Shown here in pieces: positions 42,839 to 59,902 of a stretch of DNA of 64,000 bases. The stretch's first letter is position 1, and each line of letters starts with the position of its first letter. Source of the stretch: the human T2T-CHM13v2.0 reference genome, Homo sapiens; the NCBI RefSeq assembly GCF_009914755.1, contig NC_060926.1. One strand, written 5' to 3'. The notes below the pieces were generated by a model that was given only the letters and a program-made list of their open reading frames with translations, did no database searches and had not been told where the DNA came from. The position numbers were made by a program, and so were the translations under genes.

Positions 42839-44309
42839 GTTTAACTTGTTATATGTTGTATCTAGTTGTGCTGAAATAGAGGATTTAATTTGCAGATTAA
42901 TATGTAAGGATGTACATTATAATGAATTTGCATTATTGTAGAAGACAATGGAGGCAATATAGAGTGTTTGTGGTTCATAGTGTGGCTTCTGAGGCCATAC
43001 CGTCAGGGTTTGGCTACCTGCTCTACCAACTAATAGCCATAGGGTCTTGGCTAAGTCACAGAACTTCTAAAATCCTTAGTTTTCTTATCTAAAATATCAG
43101 AATAATAAGGGTACCTAACTTATTTTTTTAATATGCATTAAATGAGAAAAAAACAAACAAAAATTATTGTTTGCTTTAATTAATAAGATATTTATTTGTT
43201 AATGAACATTTTTAATGCTGTAATTACTTGTTTAGTGACCAAAAACATAAAGATTGCTGGTTTCTGGATGTCAGGTGAATATGCATTAAAGGATTTAAGT
43301 GTTAAAGCATTAAGAGGCAAATTTGTTATTCTGAGGTCTGGTAGCTACTAAATATTTTATATGAGAATTTTCACATATGTCAGATCTGTGATCCATTCAG
43401 CTCTAGTATCGCATATCCAATGTTACCTCAAGAAGCATGTGACAGGAGCTGAAACTGATTTTTGTTATGTCAGAAGTGGCCCTAGTTTACCTGAAATCCC
43501 ATTTGGATTCATGATCATGAATTCATTAAAAGTTCTTATGCTACAGTTGTATTTTCAGTTTGTGCCATATATTATAGTAATAAGTTCCACAGGCTCACCA
43601 TCTCCGTGTAGAGAAGCCACGCATTTTAGCTAAAAGGCGTCTGTCCAGTTTGAGAAGGTACAGCTGAGCTGAGTTGTAGTCTTCTGGCATTTGTTCCCTT
43701 GCAGACTGGGACTAATTAGATCTTTCTGACTGGCAGGGCTGGATGTCCTGATCTGAACACCAAGTGTAGTTAGTTCAAATTTCAGGTCTTGGCTAACTCT
43801 ATGAGTTCTTGGGGGCCTTCTTGCCTTAACTATGCCATGAGGTAGGTTACTGGGCTCAAGGGTCTTGATAGATCAGAGGACAGTGGAATGCTCTGAACCA
43901 GGAAAGCAAGTACTGAAATGGAAATCAGAAAGACACCTACCTGCTTCATGAAGTTGCCAGATCCCGTTCTTGGGCTCTGTGAACTTATAGCTTGTCATTC
44001 TCTAAGTGTACTTTGTTTTATTTTTATCAGGTTGGCATTTCACACCCCAAAGATGCTTAATGTGTCATTTGCAAAATTTGAAACATCAGATTACTCAGTC
44101 TCTTCTAGTCCATTTATAAAATGTACTGCAAGGCTGATCTTGGCATCATGCCCAAGAGAACCCTCATGTTTTGCCCTTCTTCTATCTGACAAGTACCTGT
44201 TCATCCTTAACTTTGTGCTCTGTTCCTAGTTTTGTCTTCCTGATAGAACATTTTTACAATACTTATAATTTATTAATATAAATGTGTGTGTGTATGTATT
44301 TCCTAGTTT

Positions 44310-44520
44310 CTTTAGTCCTTGACTCAAATACCCTGTGTTCGAACCTGAACTCTGATGCTTGCAAATTGGTCATACTCACCTTTTCAGCCTCTGTTTCCTC
44401 AATTGTAGCATAAGGATAATAATAGTATTTACTTCGAAAAGTTGTTGTATACACTGCATACTGCACTGTAGAGCATTCAGCACAGTACCTGCCGTTCGAT
44501 AAAGACTCACACAATATTAC
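44310..44520 (+). mobile_element. MIR SINE
   Basis: cctgtgttcgaacc...gcctctgtttcctca...cacagtacctg. Confidence 0.55.
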
Positions 44521-44609
44521 TGGTTTTCTTATTGCCATCACCTCAATGACATAGGCTGTCTTTAACCAAAGTAACAGCATATTTCTGTCTCCTTTTTGTT
44601 GTATTCCTG

Positions 44610-44790
44610 TTTGATCTTCAATATTCATTGAGTGTCTAGTATACAACTCAAGTACTGTTTTCCAGACACTGGGAATAGTGTTAAACAAAACAGATTCTCT
44701 GCTCTCATGGAATTTACAATCCAGTGGAGGAGAATGAGAGCACATAAATAAGAATAATGATGCTAGTGATTAAGTATCATGAAGAATTTT
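44610..44790 (-). mobile_element. L2 3' fragment
   Basis: tattcattgagtgtcta...gacactgggaata...ctctcatggaatttacaatc. Confidence 0.65.
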
Positions 44791-45170
44791 TAGACACATA
44801 TTTCATAATTTACATATATTTAGGTTGTCATTTCATTTACTTAGACAGACTAAGGATAAGAATAAGAATAAGACTTTGGAGGAAATGAATTACTATCACA
44901 CAAAGTCATTTTCACATCTAGGATGCTTTAGAGCCAGAAAATGGTTTTGTCCATCTGTCACTGTCTGAATACCTACTGGTACTCAGCAATTAATTCAAGA
45001 GGACAGTGTAGTTTAGATTATTTTGTTTCATGTGACAATTTCTATTTGGAAAGTAATTTAAATAATAGTAGAAGGTTTATGAACCTTAATTAAATGAAGT
45101 CTTCAGCTAGTATAATCTGATGGGCTATAGAGTTTTCTAACTATCCATTGCTATTCCTTAACCAGACTAA

Positions 45171-45510
<340 letters not shown>

Positions 45511-45529
45511 CACATGAGTTCTTTCTACC

Positions 45530-45825
45530 AAGAATGTTCTTCCTGTAGACTTTTGTAAGGTTTGCTACCCCACTCTGCCCTTCACCATGCTACCTAAGCT
45601 AGTACTTTCCTCACAGCACTTTCTAGTCCCATACCTGCCTCACTTTTCTTTATAGCACTTAACACCTCCTGACATACATGTGTTTATTGTTTGTCCCCAC
45701 CACTAAAATGTAAGCTCTTTGAGAGCAGTAATTTGTGTGTTTTGATCACTGCTGTATTTCCAGCACTTAGAAGAGTGAGTACATATAGTAAGTGGCCAAT
45801 AAATATTCACTAACTGAATAAATAC
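45530..45825 (+). mobile_element. L2 3' end (host of the AluY)
   Basis: tttatagcactta...aatgtaagctctttgagagcag...aataaatatt. Confidence 0.7.
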
Positions 45826-48726
45826 ATGCAAGACAGCTTACCAACTTTACAGAGGAAATATTTTAGAATCTATTAAGTAGGACAGTAAATTCTAAGTTTA
45901 GGTGAAATGGAGCTAAAGATCATGATTGTTTTCATAAGAGGAGTCAGAAATAGTGATTAAGATGGAATGGAATGGACTGAGAAGAAATAAAGTGAATCTT
46001 GGGAAAATTAAGAAAAGAATAAGAAAACAGAATTTAATGTTGTATATTTAAATATATTGTCCAAGAGTATAAATATTCAGAAACATTTGAGTGCAGAAGA
46101 TGCTGTGGGTCTCACCAATGTGTGAAAGAATAGTCCTTGGACCTCGGGATCATTGTCTAACTTAGCCCTAGTACAAAATCCCTGGAGAATCTGGGCAAAA
46201 TAAATTGAACACTTGACTTCTCATTTCAGTTTTTATTACTACCTCTTAGTCTTTTGTGCTCTTACTGTTAAGTTGTTTTCACTCAACTAATTATTTATTG
46301 TATGTTTACAAAGTGAAAGGGTTGTCATAAATAATGTTTTTTCAAAACAAGAAAAAAATGCTAACTTTTGACAAGCAGTAAAATCTAAGGGCTTTTCTGG
46401 AGGGTTTTTCTTGGAAGATGCAAGAGTAAGTTGTTTGGAGTGGAAGTCCCATTCCTACCTCAAGGCTTTCCTGTCTACAGTGATTTTTCTTCAAAGATTG
46501 TAAGTGTTTTGTTTAAGCCTTTGTTGCCAGTCTCTCCCTTACTCAACTTTACTTCCTGGGATTTTGAAAAAAATCTCTAAACTAGGGAAACAGAAAAATG
46601 GATTAGGTACATACACATTGAGAAGTGATGTCTTTTGGGATCGAATTTGTGACTAGCTGATAATTTACTCAATAATAAAGATATGTGTTTCTAAAGTGTA
46701 CCCCTTTCATGATAAGGGCTACAGACAATAGAAGTGAAGCTTTTTCGAATCAGAATCCAGAATCAGTATATGAGGAGACTTTTAATCTACTTTATTCATC
46801 ATTACTCAGTACAGGTTGAGTGCTTATTTTGTGTAAGACATTATAAGGCATAGGAAGTTAACTAAGAAATGAGGAATTTATAATCTAGCAGAAAAGGCAA
46901 AAATATACAATCTTTTTGATACAGGTCAGTACTGTAATAAATAAATAAAATAAAAGCTGGTGAGATGCACAGGACAAAGGGATCACTACCAGTAAAGATT
47001 CAGAAAAGGCAAGAGGCAGTAAGTGGGATTTCTGTTGGATCTTGCATGAGATTTTCCGATGAAGTAGGATGACAATATATCATGAGCAGAGGCATAGAGA
47101 TCGAATATTATGGGTCACGTTCAGGCAACAGCAATGTTCCAGAAGAGACAGAAGGGGAGCCAGCGTGGAAAGTGTACCTTAAGAAGGAAGGATATTTCCA
47201 ACTGAGAGAGAGAGAGGAAGCAGAGACCGAGAGGATAAAGATTCAGAGCAATTTGAAGTGAAGACATCAAGGAGTTTCTTTCAAAGCTTCAAGCTCATTA
47301 GATTTGGGAGCAAAGTTATTCATTGAAAGGAGGCAGATGAGAGTTATCTTCAGATCACTTATTCCAATAAGTTTACTTCAGAAAAATATGTCTTGAGAGG
47401 TTAGGTGCCTTTCCAGCTTGATACAAAAAACTAGAATCCAGGTCCTCTCATTTCGACTCCAAGTGTTCTTTCTTGCCCAAAGTCAAAATTCCCCAAAGAC
47501 CTATATACCAAAATAGTTTCCTATGTTAAGCACTTCTTATCAAACAAGTAACTTTGATCTATGCACATGAAATGCAGGCTAGAAAAGAAATCATATAAAC
47601 CCTCATAAACTCTTATTTTTAGAGGGAAAAAAGGAGATTTGTTGCTTTCAGTTAAATGAAAATAACAGAAGCACTATGTGTCAAACAAGGATGGCATACT
47701 GGCTGTGGCTCCAGAGACTGTTGGGGCACTGAGCAGCCCCATTTTCTGCATTACGACCCTTTTGTGGGCCTGATACGCAGCTATCCTAGGACAGCCAAGG
47801 AAGGGAATTCTGGGCTTGTTGCTCTTGTGAATCTATAGACCCTGGAATGGATATAGTTCCAACCAATGTCTTAGTTTTAGTTAATTTCATGGGTTTTTCA
47901 GAACCAGAAGTTAGGTACTCAGAGTGGTTTCCGGTCATTCATGCTACTTGGTCATCCAAGTAATTGTTGGACTTTAGGCAGCATGGCAAGTTTGGGTTTG
48001 GCAGCTGTCAGTCCCAAGTGTGAACGTGACATTGGATCATTGATGTCACAGGAGGACATCAAGGAGAACAAAGAGCTACAGCTATACAGGAAAAAGTTTG
48101 AGGAGAAAATATTTTCCTGTTTTTTATCTCTGGAATAGGCAGTTCCCTAATAGTTTTGTAGGCTAATGGATTGTTTGCCCAGATATAAAAGTGAACATAC
48201 TGGTATGAAGAACAGGATGAACTTACCACTCTTGGCATTTAAAAATGACAAATGCCAGGCTTTTCCATGTGCATACATGTGTATGCTGAGACTAAAACTC
48301 TCCTTGAGAAAACCCTGGGACAGCATATGGGGAGTTCTGGGAATGAACTTCTCTGATTCTAAGTGAGCTGAGAGTCTTCACAAGAGCTGGAGTGTCTTGG
48401 GCTTCAGAGATTTCCCAGCCCAGGTTTTCAGTTACAAGCTTTAGTTTCAGAGACAGATCTCAGCATCCAGCTCAGGAGAGTGCTGATTCTGCACTCCTGT
48501 TACTATTGATACACTGTACAAAATATATGTTTAAAATCTGTTGATACAGTTCATGAGATTTTACAAATATGGGGCATTTAACCTAAACAAAACATTTATG
48601 GAAAGTACCAAAAATAAATTTTGGTCCATCAGTGAGCCAACAGGTGTTAGCGTGTTTTGATACTACCATTTTTCCCCTTAATATTAGCCTTTGTTAGTTA
48701 GGAGAAACCACGATAATTCCCCAGCC

Positions 48727-48926
48727 CAAGGTTGGGAACCTTTCTTAAGGATCATATAATAAATGTTTTAGGATTTTCAGAACATATGATCTCTATTGCT
48801 ACTACTTACCACTAGCTACTGTTGTAAAAGCAGCCACAGACACTATGCAAACGCATGGATTTGCTTATGTTTCAATAAAACTTTATTTATAAAAGCAGCT
48901 GATGAGCCCCAGTTTGCCTACTCCTG
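48727..48926. mobile_element. MER58A hAT-Charlie MITE
   Basis: aaagcagccacagaca...tgtttcaataaaactttatttataaaagcag...cagtttgccta. Confidence 0.75.
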
Positions 48927-49041
48927 CTCTAGTCCAATGCCTGTATTTTACTAAAATAAATCTCAGAGGAATATCTGGCTAAAGGTTACACAGTTTCAGG
49001 CTTGGGACAAAAATCTAGGTATCTTCCTTTTTACTCCATTT

Positions 49042-49729
<688 letters not shown>

Positions 49730-50644
49730 TAGATATGTGAAAGGTGCAAAGAAGAATAAAACAAACATCTGGTGTGAACATCAGACAGTCAGTTTAGGAA
49801 GCAGAGCATTACTGTTTCCTTTGGAGTTCTGCATGTTCTCCTCCCTAGGCCCTTCCCTTTCTCTCCACTTCAGAGGTATTCCCTTAACTGAATTTTGGGT
49901 TCTTTATTCCGTTGTTTTTCTTCATGGTCTCATCTCATGTACTTGTATTCTTTTTGCAGGGTTTAAAAAGTCGTTCCCTTAGATGGTTTTATTTCATTTC
50001 TTTTGTATTAGAAAGTTTAGAAAAAGGCAGTAAAATTTGGCTTAATGGATAGTCACAGATTTCCTTTATTGGTTTTTTCTTGGCAATACACTGAGCAGGC
50101 CCAGGAAGTCGGAGTAGGGTGCCTACAGTATATGACTTTAACTCATTTCATGGCCTATTCTTGGGTTTCTTGTGCCATCACAGAGTGTCATGGGCTGACA
50201 GACGAGTGTAGGAGTTTAGTGGCTTTCTACTCCCACCCCACTTCCTGAGGAAATAGTTGTGGTAAATCAGGGCTGTTTCTAGGGATGGCAAGGTATATTG
50301 GTCTGACAGTGATTTTATCTTTGAACTAAATGCATATGATAATATGTGCATAATTCTGTTAATTAGAAAAAAATTTTTGAAGAAAAATTTTGTTTGTTGC
50401 ATATAATAAAAATTTCAATCTTAAGAATAATATTTAGTCAATTATCAAAAGTATTATTAGCTCTAATATTTATGAATATCACATATGTGAATATTAGATC
50501 TTAGAATGTGATTTAGATGGACACATTCCTTGCTTTGTAGGTAGCCAAAACTTTTTTAGCATCTAATTTTTCAGGGCATGCCATAGGTGACTCTGATAAA
50601 GCATTTTGTTGTCTTCTTGCACAAATGCTTCATTTTTTTCCTCC

Positions 50645-52804
<2,160 letters not shown>

Positions 52805-53064
52805 TCTTTTTTCTTTTTCTTTCTTTTTTTTTTTGACAGTGTCTTGCTCTGTCACCCAGGCTGAAGTGCAGTGGTGTGATCTTGGCTCACTGCAACCTCT
52901 GACTTCTGTATTCAAGCCATTCTCCTGCCTCAGCCACCTGAGTAGCTGGGACTACAGGCCTGTGCTACCACGCCTGGCTAACTTTTGTATTTTTAGTGGA
53001 GACGGGGTTTCACATATTGGCCAGGCTGGTCTTGAACTCCTAATCTCAAGTGATCTACCTGCCT
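52805..53064 (-). mobile_element. AluS, 5'-truncated
   Basis: T-rich tail then Alu body; stops at gatctacctgcct without the Alu 5' end. Confidence 0.92.
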
Positions 53065-53354
53065 AACTCAGTGTAGGTTGTTCCTCAGGGATAGTGAAAA
53101 GTTTGAGCTGATCCATTCAGATACCTTTACCTTCAGTTACTTTGGGAAGTAATTGGTTGCTGGGTTATTTCTGACCATGGCATGGGATGAAAAGAACTGC
53201 CATGAGAGGTTGGCACTGTGTTCCAGTATCTCTCTCAATTGTCTCAAAATATTTTTCAAATTTCAATTCCAATTGTAACTACCCTAGTGCATAATTTCAT
53301 ATTTTGATTACTTCAATTCAGTACCTTCTTGTCTGGCCTTCTTGCCTCTTTTTC

Positions 53355-53536
53355 AATGGTTCTCAGTTCTGGCTGCACATTGAAATCACCTGAGAGCTAA
53401 ACTGCTAATGCCTGGTCTATCCCACAGAGATTTGTATTTAATTGGTCTGGGGCACAGCTTGAGAATATTAAAATCACCTTACATTCTAAGTACTCTCTAG
53501 ATGATTCTAATGAGCAGCTAAGGTTGAGGGCCACTG
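53355..53536. mobile_element. MER5B/MER5A hAT MITE
   Basis: caatggttctca...ggctgcacattgaaatcacctg...gatgattctaatg...ggttgagggccactg. Confidence 0.8.
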
Positions 53537-55544
53537 CTCTTGTACAAGAGGGTCATCTTTTTTAACCTATCATCTGACGTGAGTGATATTTGAGAGGGAG
53601 AATGGATAAGACTTGGGAAGTGATCACATATTTAGCATGAGAAAGAAGATGAGTATAAGACATTGCATAGGCTTTGAGCTTTTGCAATGGATGGATGAAG
53701 GTGCCTTTTACTGAGATAGCAAAAATAGACATGCTGCTTAAGAGAAAAAATAAGGATTTAGTTTTGAACGAGAGAATTTGAGCAACCCATGGGGAAATCC
53801 CTTTGAAAATCACAATTGTTAGGAAATATCAGTGCTGACTAGAAATAAAATAGGAATGTATTCTCTATTGCTAAAAATAGTAAAGAATCCCTGCCAGGTG
53901 CTTAACTTTCGCTTACATATTTCTAGCAAAAGAGAATGAATTACTCATTCTATCTTTGGGCAGCTAAAATAGTTTGAAGGTTCTTCCTTATATTGACCCC
54001 GCATCTGCCTTGCTCCTAACCTCTGTCCAGTGATCCTTTTGATGTCTTTGGAGTTATTCACAACAAGTCTACTTTCTCTTCCATGAGATAGTCTTCAAGC
54101 CTCAGAAGAAATTTACTCTCAAGTGTTCTCTTCCTTGGGCCCATGGCCACCAGGTCCTCATTTAATATGCTTGCAATAACCATACTTTCTAACTCATCTT
54201 CTTATCAAGTCAGCTAAACATAAATGTTAATGAAATACCTTAGACCCGATAAGCATTTCCTAATCATGTCTTTATTTAATGACATTTAATATCCTAACTT
54301 AAAAAAACCTCATGATATATTTGCAGTATAGAAGAGGTGATATTGTCTGAAATAATGCTCTTCTTTTTTCTTTTATACTCCATTATATATTTTTAAAAAT
54401 TACATTTAAAAATAGAAAATGTGTGTAAAAATACTTTATATTTTGTTGAATAAAATATTCTTATAATTGATTTAAGAATTAGCTCAACATGGTCAAGTAT
54501 TTGATTGTTTTGTTTCAAGATTGATGATAATGGTTATTTAAAAGTCTGTAAAGTTATAGAAGAGAGGAGTCACTCAAGGACCAAACACGAGACTCATGCT
54601 ATTTCTCTTGCAGAAGATTTAATCTTCAAGGATAAATGCGGCATTCAGTTTCCCACTGCTGCTAGTCCAGAAGGTATGCACACATTTGGATAACTGAGCT
54701 CCCTTTTCTTCCCTTGGAAACTGTTTTGAGCTCGGAATTTGTTGTTTAGATCATGATTTCATACGTCAGAGGATTGGAAGTCTCCTTTAGGTACTTGGCA
54801 GAGCCAGGACATTTTTCCATATATAGCTGGAAAAACCTTTCTTGCCCATTCTGGTTTGAAAGAATGTTATTAAAAGTTCATTCCTGCTTTCTTTTCTTTT
54901 TCTCTTTTTTTTTTTCCTTTTTTGCTAAGGAACAGAAGTGGGCACTAAAAATTCGTGCCTGGAAGAACTAAGACTTGCTCCAACATAGAGGACTGGCTGC
55001 GTGTTCTGAGAACCTCCCCTAGGTGTTCTCGGTCATTCCCTTTATAGCACTCACAGGCACATCTGTGGGTGGCAATTATTGATTCCTTCCTGGCCCACTT
55101 CCTCCTCATGGCTCTGGGAAGCCCCACAGGCTGACTTTGCAGAGATGAATCAAGGCAGTGGCTAATCTCCTGAGTCATGGCCAGAGGCTCTTTGGTTACT
55201 CTCTGAAGATGGGATCTGTTTACCTCAGAGTTCCCTCTCTGAGGGTATTTGGAATTTTGGATGGTGGCCTGGAATTCTGGAGAGTGGAGTTCTCTAGGGA
55301 AAAGTTGTGCTGGTAGCAGTCGGCTTATAAAGTTTATGCTGTCTGCCCTTTGATAAGGGTCATAGGATGTAGTAAATATTCTTTGGGAAAATAAAAAGTC
55401 CAGTGGACCCTCAATTCTGGCTTTGCAGGTACTGTGACCTCCAGGCATCAGTGTAGGGAAATGGGAAGTGAGCTCTCTTTGAATCTCTCCTTCATCTGCA
55501 CCTATTGTGGTTCTACTCAGATTTCAAGCTGATCTTCAAGTGAG

Positions 55545-55985
55545 AGTGAGGCAGACTTTGTTTGAATCTTTGACTTTGGTCAAAGTGTGGCGCTTTGGTC
55601 AAGTTAACTTGCTTATTTGGACTTGCTTTCTTCATCTGTAAACTGGGGTTAACCATGCCTATTGCACAGGGATTTAGGTGAGGATTAAATGAGATTAGGT
55701 GGGTTAATGTATACAAGATGGTTAGCATATCTTCTTAGGAAAGCAAGTGTTTTTAGTGAAAAGGAGATGGATTTTGGAACCATTCATACTTCATTTCCCT
55801 GGTGGATCTCTTCTTTCCTAGCTGCACGATTGATCACTGAAGATGCCCAAGCATTTTGTTCTGTAACCTTTGGTTTCATCTTCTGTAAAACTGTACCATT
55901 CTCAGAGGACTGTTTTAAGATTTAAGTGGACCATCTTGTCCTACTTGGGCAGGAATTAGTAGACACTCAACAAATATTAGCTCAC
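55545..55985 (+). mobile_element. Two tandem MIR fragments
   Basis: ttcttcatctgtaaactggg...gaggattaaatgaga and ttctgtaaaa...cactcaacaaatattagc. Confidence 0.6.
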
Positions 55986-56673
55986 CTTCTCCAAGGGCTT
56001 TACCCAAGCCCTCCTTTTACCCCACGACCATCTCAGAGATGATTGCTCCTTTTCTTGCCCTTTCAGGTTTTTTGTTTGTTTATTTTTGTTTATCAGCTCA
56101 CCTCAATATCTGGGTGAGAAACTCTGTTTCTTACTGCACATCAGTCTCTTCTCTACTTGATGGTCAATTGCTTTGAAGCAGAATCTTCATCCTATTCATC
56201 TCTGTTCTCACAGGCTTCTGATATCAAACCATATTCCTTTATTCCCGGCAACCCGAAAATATCCCCTTTCCCCTCAATTCCCTTAAACTTGAATTCCAGG
56301 TTAATTCAGAGTTAATTTCTTAACCTTTTCTGCCTGACTCAAATATCCTGCAATAAATGATGTGAGAAGTAAATAGCTTAGTGTTCAATGTAACGCATAT
56401 TACATTTAGTATTTACTTCAAAATAAAATAACTTGTGTTTCTATTATTGTTCTATAAAATGTAAGAGGGAAGCTAGAATAAAGATGATCTAGAAGTGGAA
56501 GCTTTATATTTTGATATAAAATTAATGGACAGGATGTTTATTTAAAGTAAACTAAGCCTGAACACATTGTGAAATGAATCACAATCCAGAATGTTGATAT
56601 TTTGGGTATAATACACCTTATTCAAAAACTCCAAAAGCACACTGATTCAGTCATCTTTTAATAATACTTTAGT

Positions 56674-56950
56674 TTTGGGAGGCTGAGGCGGGCAGATCAC
56701 TTGAGCTCACAAGTTTGAGACCAGCCTGGGCAACATGGGGAAACCCCATCTCGACAAAAATACAAAAATTAGCTGGTTGCTTGCCTCTTTAGTCCCAGCT
56801 ACTCTGGAGGCTGAGGTGGGAGGATCAACTGAGCCTGGGTAGGCTGAGGCTGCAGTGAGCTGTGATAGTACCACTGAGCTCCAGCCTGGGTGACAGAGTG
56901 TGACCCTGTCTCAAAAAATAAATAAATAAATAAATAAAATAAAAAATAAA
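56674..56950 (+). mobile_element. AluJ, 5'-truncated, (AAAT)n tail
   Basis: ttgggaggctgaggcgggcagatcacttgagctc...gctgcagtgagctgtgat. Confidence 0.93.
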
Positions 56951-56982
56951 GTTTAGCAATTTAGAAAAGAAAATATTTTTTT

Positions 56983-57034
56983 CTTGATTTTCGGATATTC
57001 CCTTTTATATTTGAGGGAATATCTGAAAATCAAG
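56983..57034. repeat. 22-bp inverted repeat (hairpin) with 8-nt loop
   Basis: cttgattttcggatattccctt / gagggaatatctgaaaatcaag; 20 Watson-Crick plus 2 G-U pairs in + strand RNA. Confidence 0.9.
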
Positions 57035-57751
57035 TTTTCTCCAAGAATAGAAAAAATAATCAGGTTTGCTTCAGAAATTATGGTTTAAATATTAATTAGA
57101 ACTGCATAAAATATTGTACTTTATTTACCTTTGGAAGATCACCCTTTGCTTCCAGGCATTAAGAGTATGAATTAGGCCAGGATTTGGGAGTTGCTAATAC
57201 TGTTAATTATTCCCCTCTTTTCCTTCTCTTGTTTCTTTAGCTTCCTGTCCAATTTGTGAGGAATGCCTAATACCCTGAGTCTGGCACCTGAACACTTTTA
57301 GCATATAATATTCACTAGGATAATAGATCAAGAGTTTTCAGTAAAAACATTGGGCATTTGCTCAGTGACCTGCAACATAGCCTGTGCCTTTTGTCCCGAG
57401 TTCCAGTTTATGCTGCCCTTGAGTCCCTGTCAGAACACAGGGAGAAACATTCCCGACCCCCTGGAAAGCATTCCTTGCATGCATAGGAGTCTCTGGAAAG
57501 TTATACTTTTGAAGAAAATGGAGAGAGCCGCTACCACTTCATACATCTTAATGCTTCCAGGATTATTTTCTAATGCCAGTCCCTTTAGACCTCCTTAAAA
57601 ATACATTTGAGTCACAGCATTGGACACTTCCACAGGGAACACTGAATCTATATTAACTGCCTTAGCTATCACACGAGGTGATGGCTGGGAAGAAGGTGCT
57701 GTCTGGAATCCATCAACTTGGTTTTCTGACTAGGCAAGAAAAATGAAAAGC

Positions 57752-58541
57752 AAAAAACACATGAAAAAATGCTCATCATCACTGGCCATCAGAGAAATGC
57801 AAATCAAAACCACAATGAGATACCATCTCACACCAGTTAGAATGGCAATCATTAAAAAGTCAGGAAACAACAGGTGCTGGAGAGGATGTGGAGAAATAGG
57901 AACACTTTTACACTGTTGGTGGGACTGTAAACTAGTTCAACCATTGTGGAAGTCAGTGTGGCGATTCCTCAGGGATCTAGAACTAGAAATACCATTTGAC
58001 CCAGCCATCCCATTACTGGGTATATACCCAAAGGAATATAAATCTTGCTGCTATAAAGACACATGCACACGTATGTTTATTGCGGCATTATTCACAATAG
58101 CAAAGACTTGGAACCAACCCAAATGTCCTACAATGATAGACTGGATTAAGAAAATGTGGCACATATACACCATGGAATACTATGCAGCCTTAAAAAATGA
58201 TGAGTTCATGTCCTTTGTAGGGACATGGATGAAATTGGAAATCATCATTCTCAGTAAACTATCGCAAGAACAAAAAACCAAACACCGCATATTCTCACTC
58301 ATAGGTGGGAATTGAACAGTGAGATCACATGGACACAGGAAGGGGAATATCACACTCTGGGGACCGTGGTGGGGTGGGGGGAGGGGGGAGGGATAGCATT
58401 GGGAGATATACCTAATGCTAGATGACGAGTTAGTGGGTGCAGCGCACCAGCATGGCACATGTATACATATGTAACTAACCTGCACAATGTGCACATGTAC
58501 CCTAAAACTTAAAGTATAATAAAAAAAAATTAAAAAAAAAA
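57752..58541 (+). mobile_element. L1PA2, 5'-truncated (~790 bp)
   Basis: Uninterrupted ORF2 C-terminus with CX3CX7HX4C, ending SLIGGN*; 3'UTR has GAG (not ACA/ACG) and aaagtataat; perfect 16-bp TSD aagaaaaatgaaaagc at 57736-57751 and 58542-58557. Confidence 0.97.
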
Positions 58542-59902
58542 AAGAAAAATGAAAAGCTTTCTCTTATGCTGGATCTTCAAATTTTGGTTTGGAAAATGCC
58601 TTCTGACTCCAACAATGTAAGCTGAAATATGTAGAGATAAAATGATGGGACCAAAGCTGAAAGTGTACATTTTGGCTTAATGAATAGGAAATGAATAGCT
58701 TCCCCTGTCACACGACTTCATGGGTGTTCTCTCTGGAGGCAGAAGTCACTTTTAGTTACTAGGAAAAAAAGAAAGTCAATGTGAAAACACTTGGAAGATA
58801 TCCATGTATATGTTAAACATATTTGGACTCCAAGGGCCAGTTTGCCAAGTTAGAGTCCCGTATGCTAATGAAGTTGCTAATTCTAGTCTCCACCAATGAT
58901 ATTCAGCTGTGGGAAAAGACTGCTTCATCACTAAAGCCTTTTTAGCATAAAATGCAAGTAAAATAATAGCAGCAGCAAAAAGCAACCAGTTTACAGGGGT
59001 GTTGCAAACTGACCTAAGCCAATGTGTCATGAGAAACGATTAGGTTCTTTCAATAAATAACATTTACCCATAGTTAGAGGTGGGCAGAGGTTAGCTATTC
59101 CACTACGCATTCCCCTACCAGGTTACAATAAAAGCAAGACTTGATCAAATTTCATCATACATACAATGTTTAGATATTTTTAGGTAAACATTTATCAGAC
59201 AGCTTGCTTTATAAACTTGAGGAAGTCTCAAATGATCAAGGAAGAAATGCTTTGTCTACTCATTGCATGAAAGATTTACTCAAGGCAGTAAGAATACTCT
59301 AGGGGAAGAACTCAATTAACTTTTTACCAGAATCCTCCAAACCTATGGTTGGACACAAACTATGGTAGTTTAGGGTTCAGCCTTGGACCCCATGGTGGAG
59401 GCAAAGTTTTCTCTTTCCTTTTCATAAAAGGGTAGGGAATGTCTTGGTTTTATATATATATATATATTTAAACAATTCACCCATCTCGAATATACATTAA
59501 TTTTGCCAGTGATAGTCCATTTTTAATATCCATTATACTAATTAATATGTTACTATTTTAATCAAGAAAAACTCATTTCTAACATTCATTGTGTTAATTA
59601 GTAAAGCCTCTGGCCAGACTAGAAATAGAGAGAGTTGAAGCATTTGTAGTAACCACTGATAGTGTGGTCTTTCTGATTAAATGTTAGCTAACCATCCCAG
59701 GAGTATGGATCCCCAATTAGGGTAACTGAAACACTTTAGGGTATATTAAGTTAATTTACACATTCGTAATGTTGGAGCATTTAAGAGTAAATCACAGACA
59801 TCATGACATGGGTGTAAAGAAAAAGCAAAAAGTGAATATCTGATTTATATGGTAGTGAAAATATATAGGTCCTATTTGCTTTCACATTAAATTTTTATGT
59901 TA

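Noticed and set aside
44263-44745. 160-aa ORF
   Set aside because: It runs across MIR and L2 fossils and has no protein-like features.
57743-58315. 190-aa ORF as a host gene
   Set aside because: It is the C-terminus of L1 ORF2 in a truncated L1PA2, and the ATG comes from the TSD.
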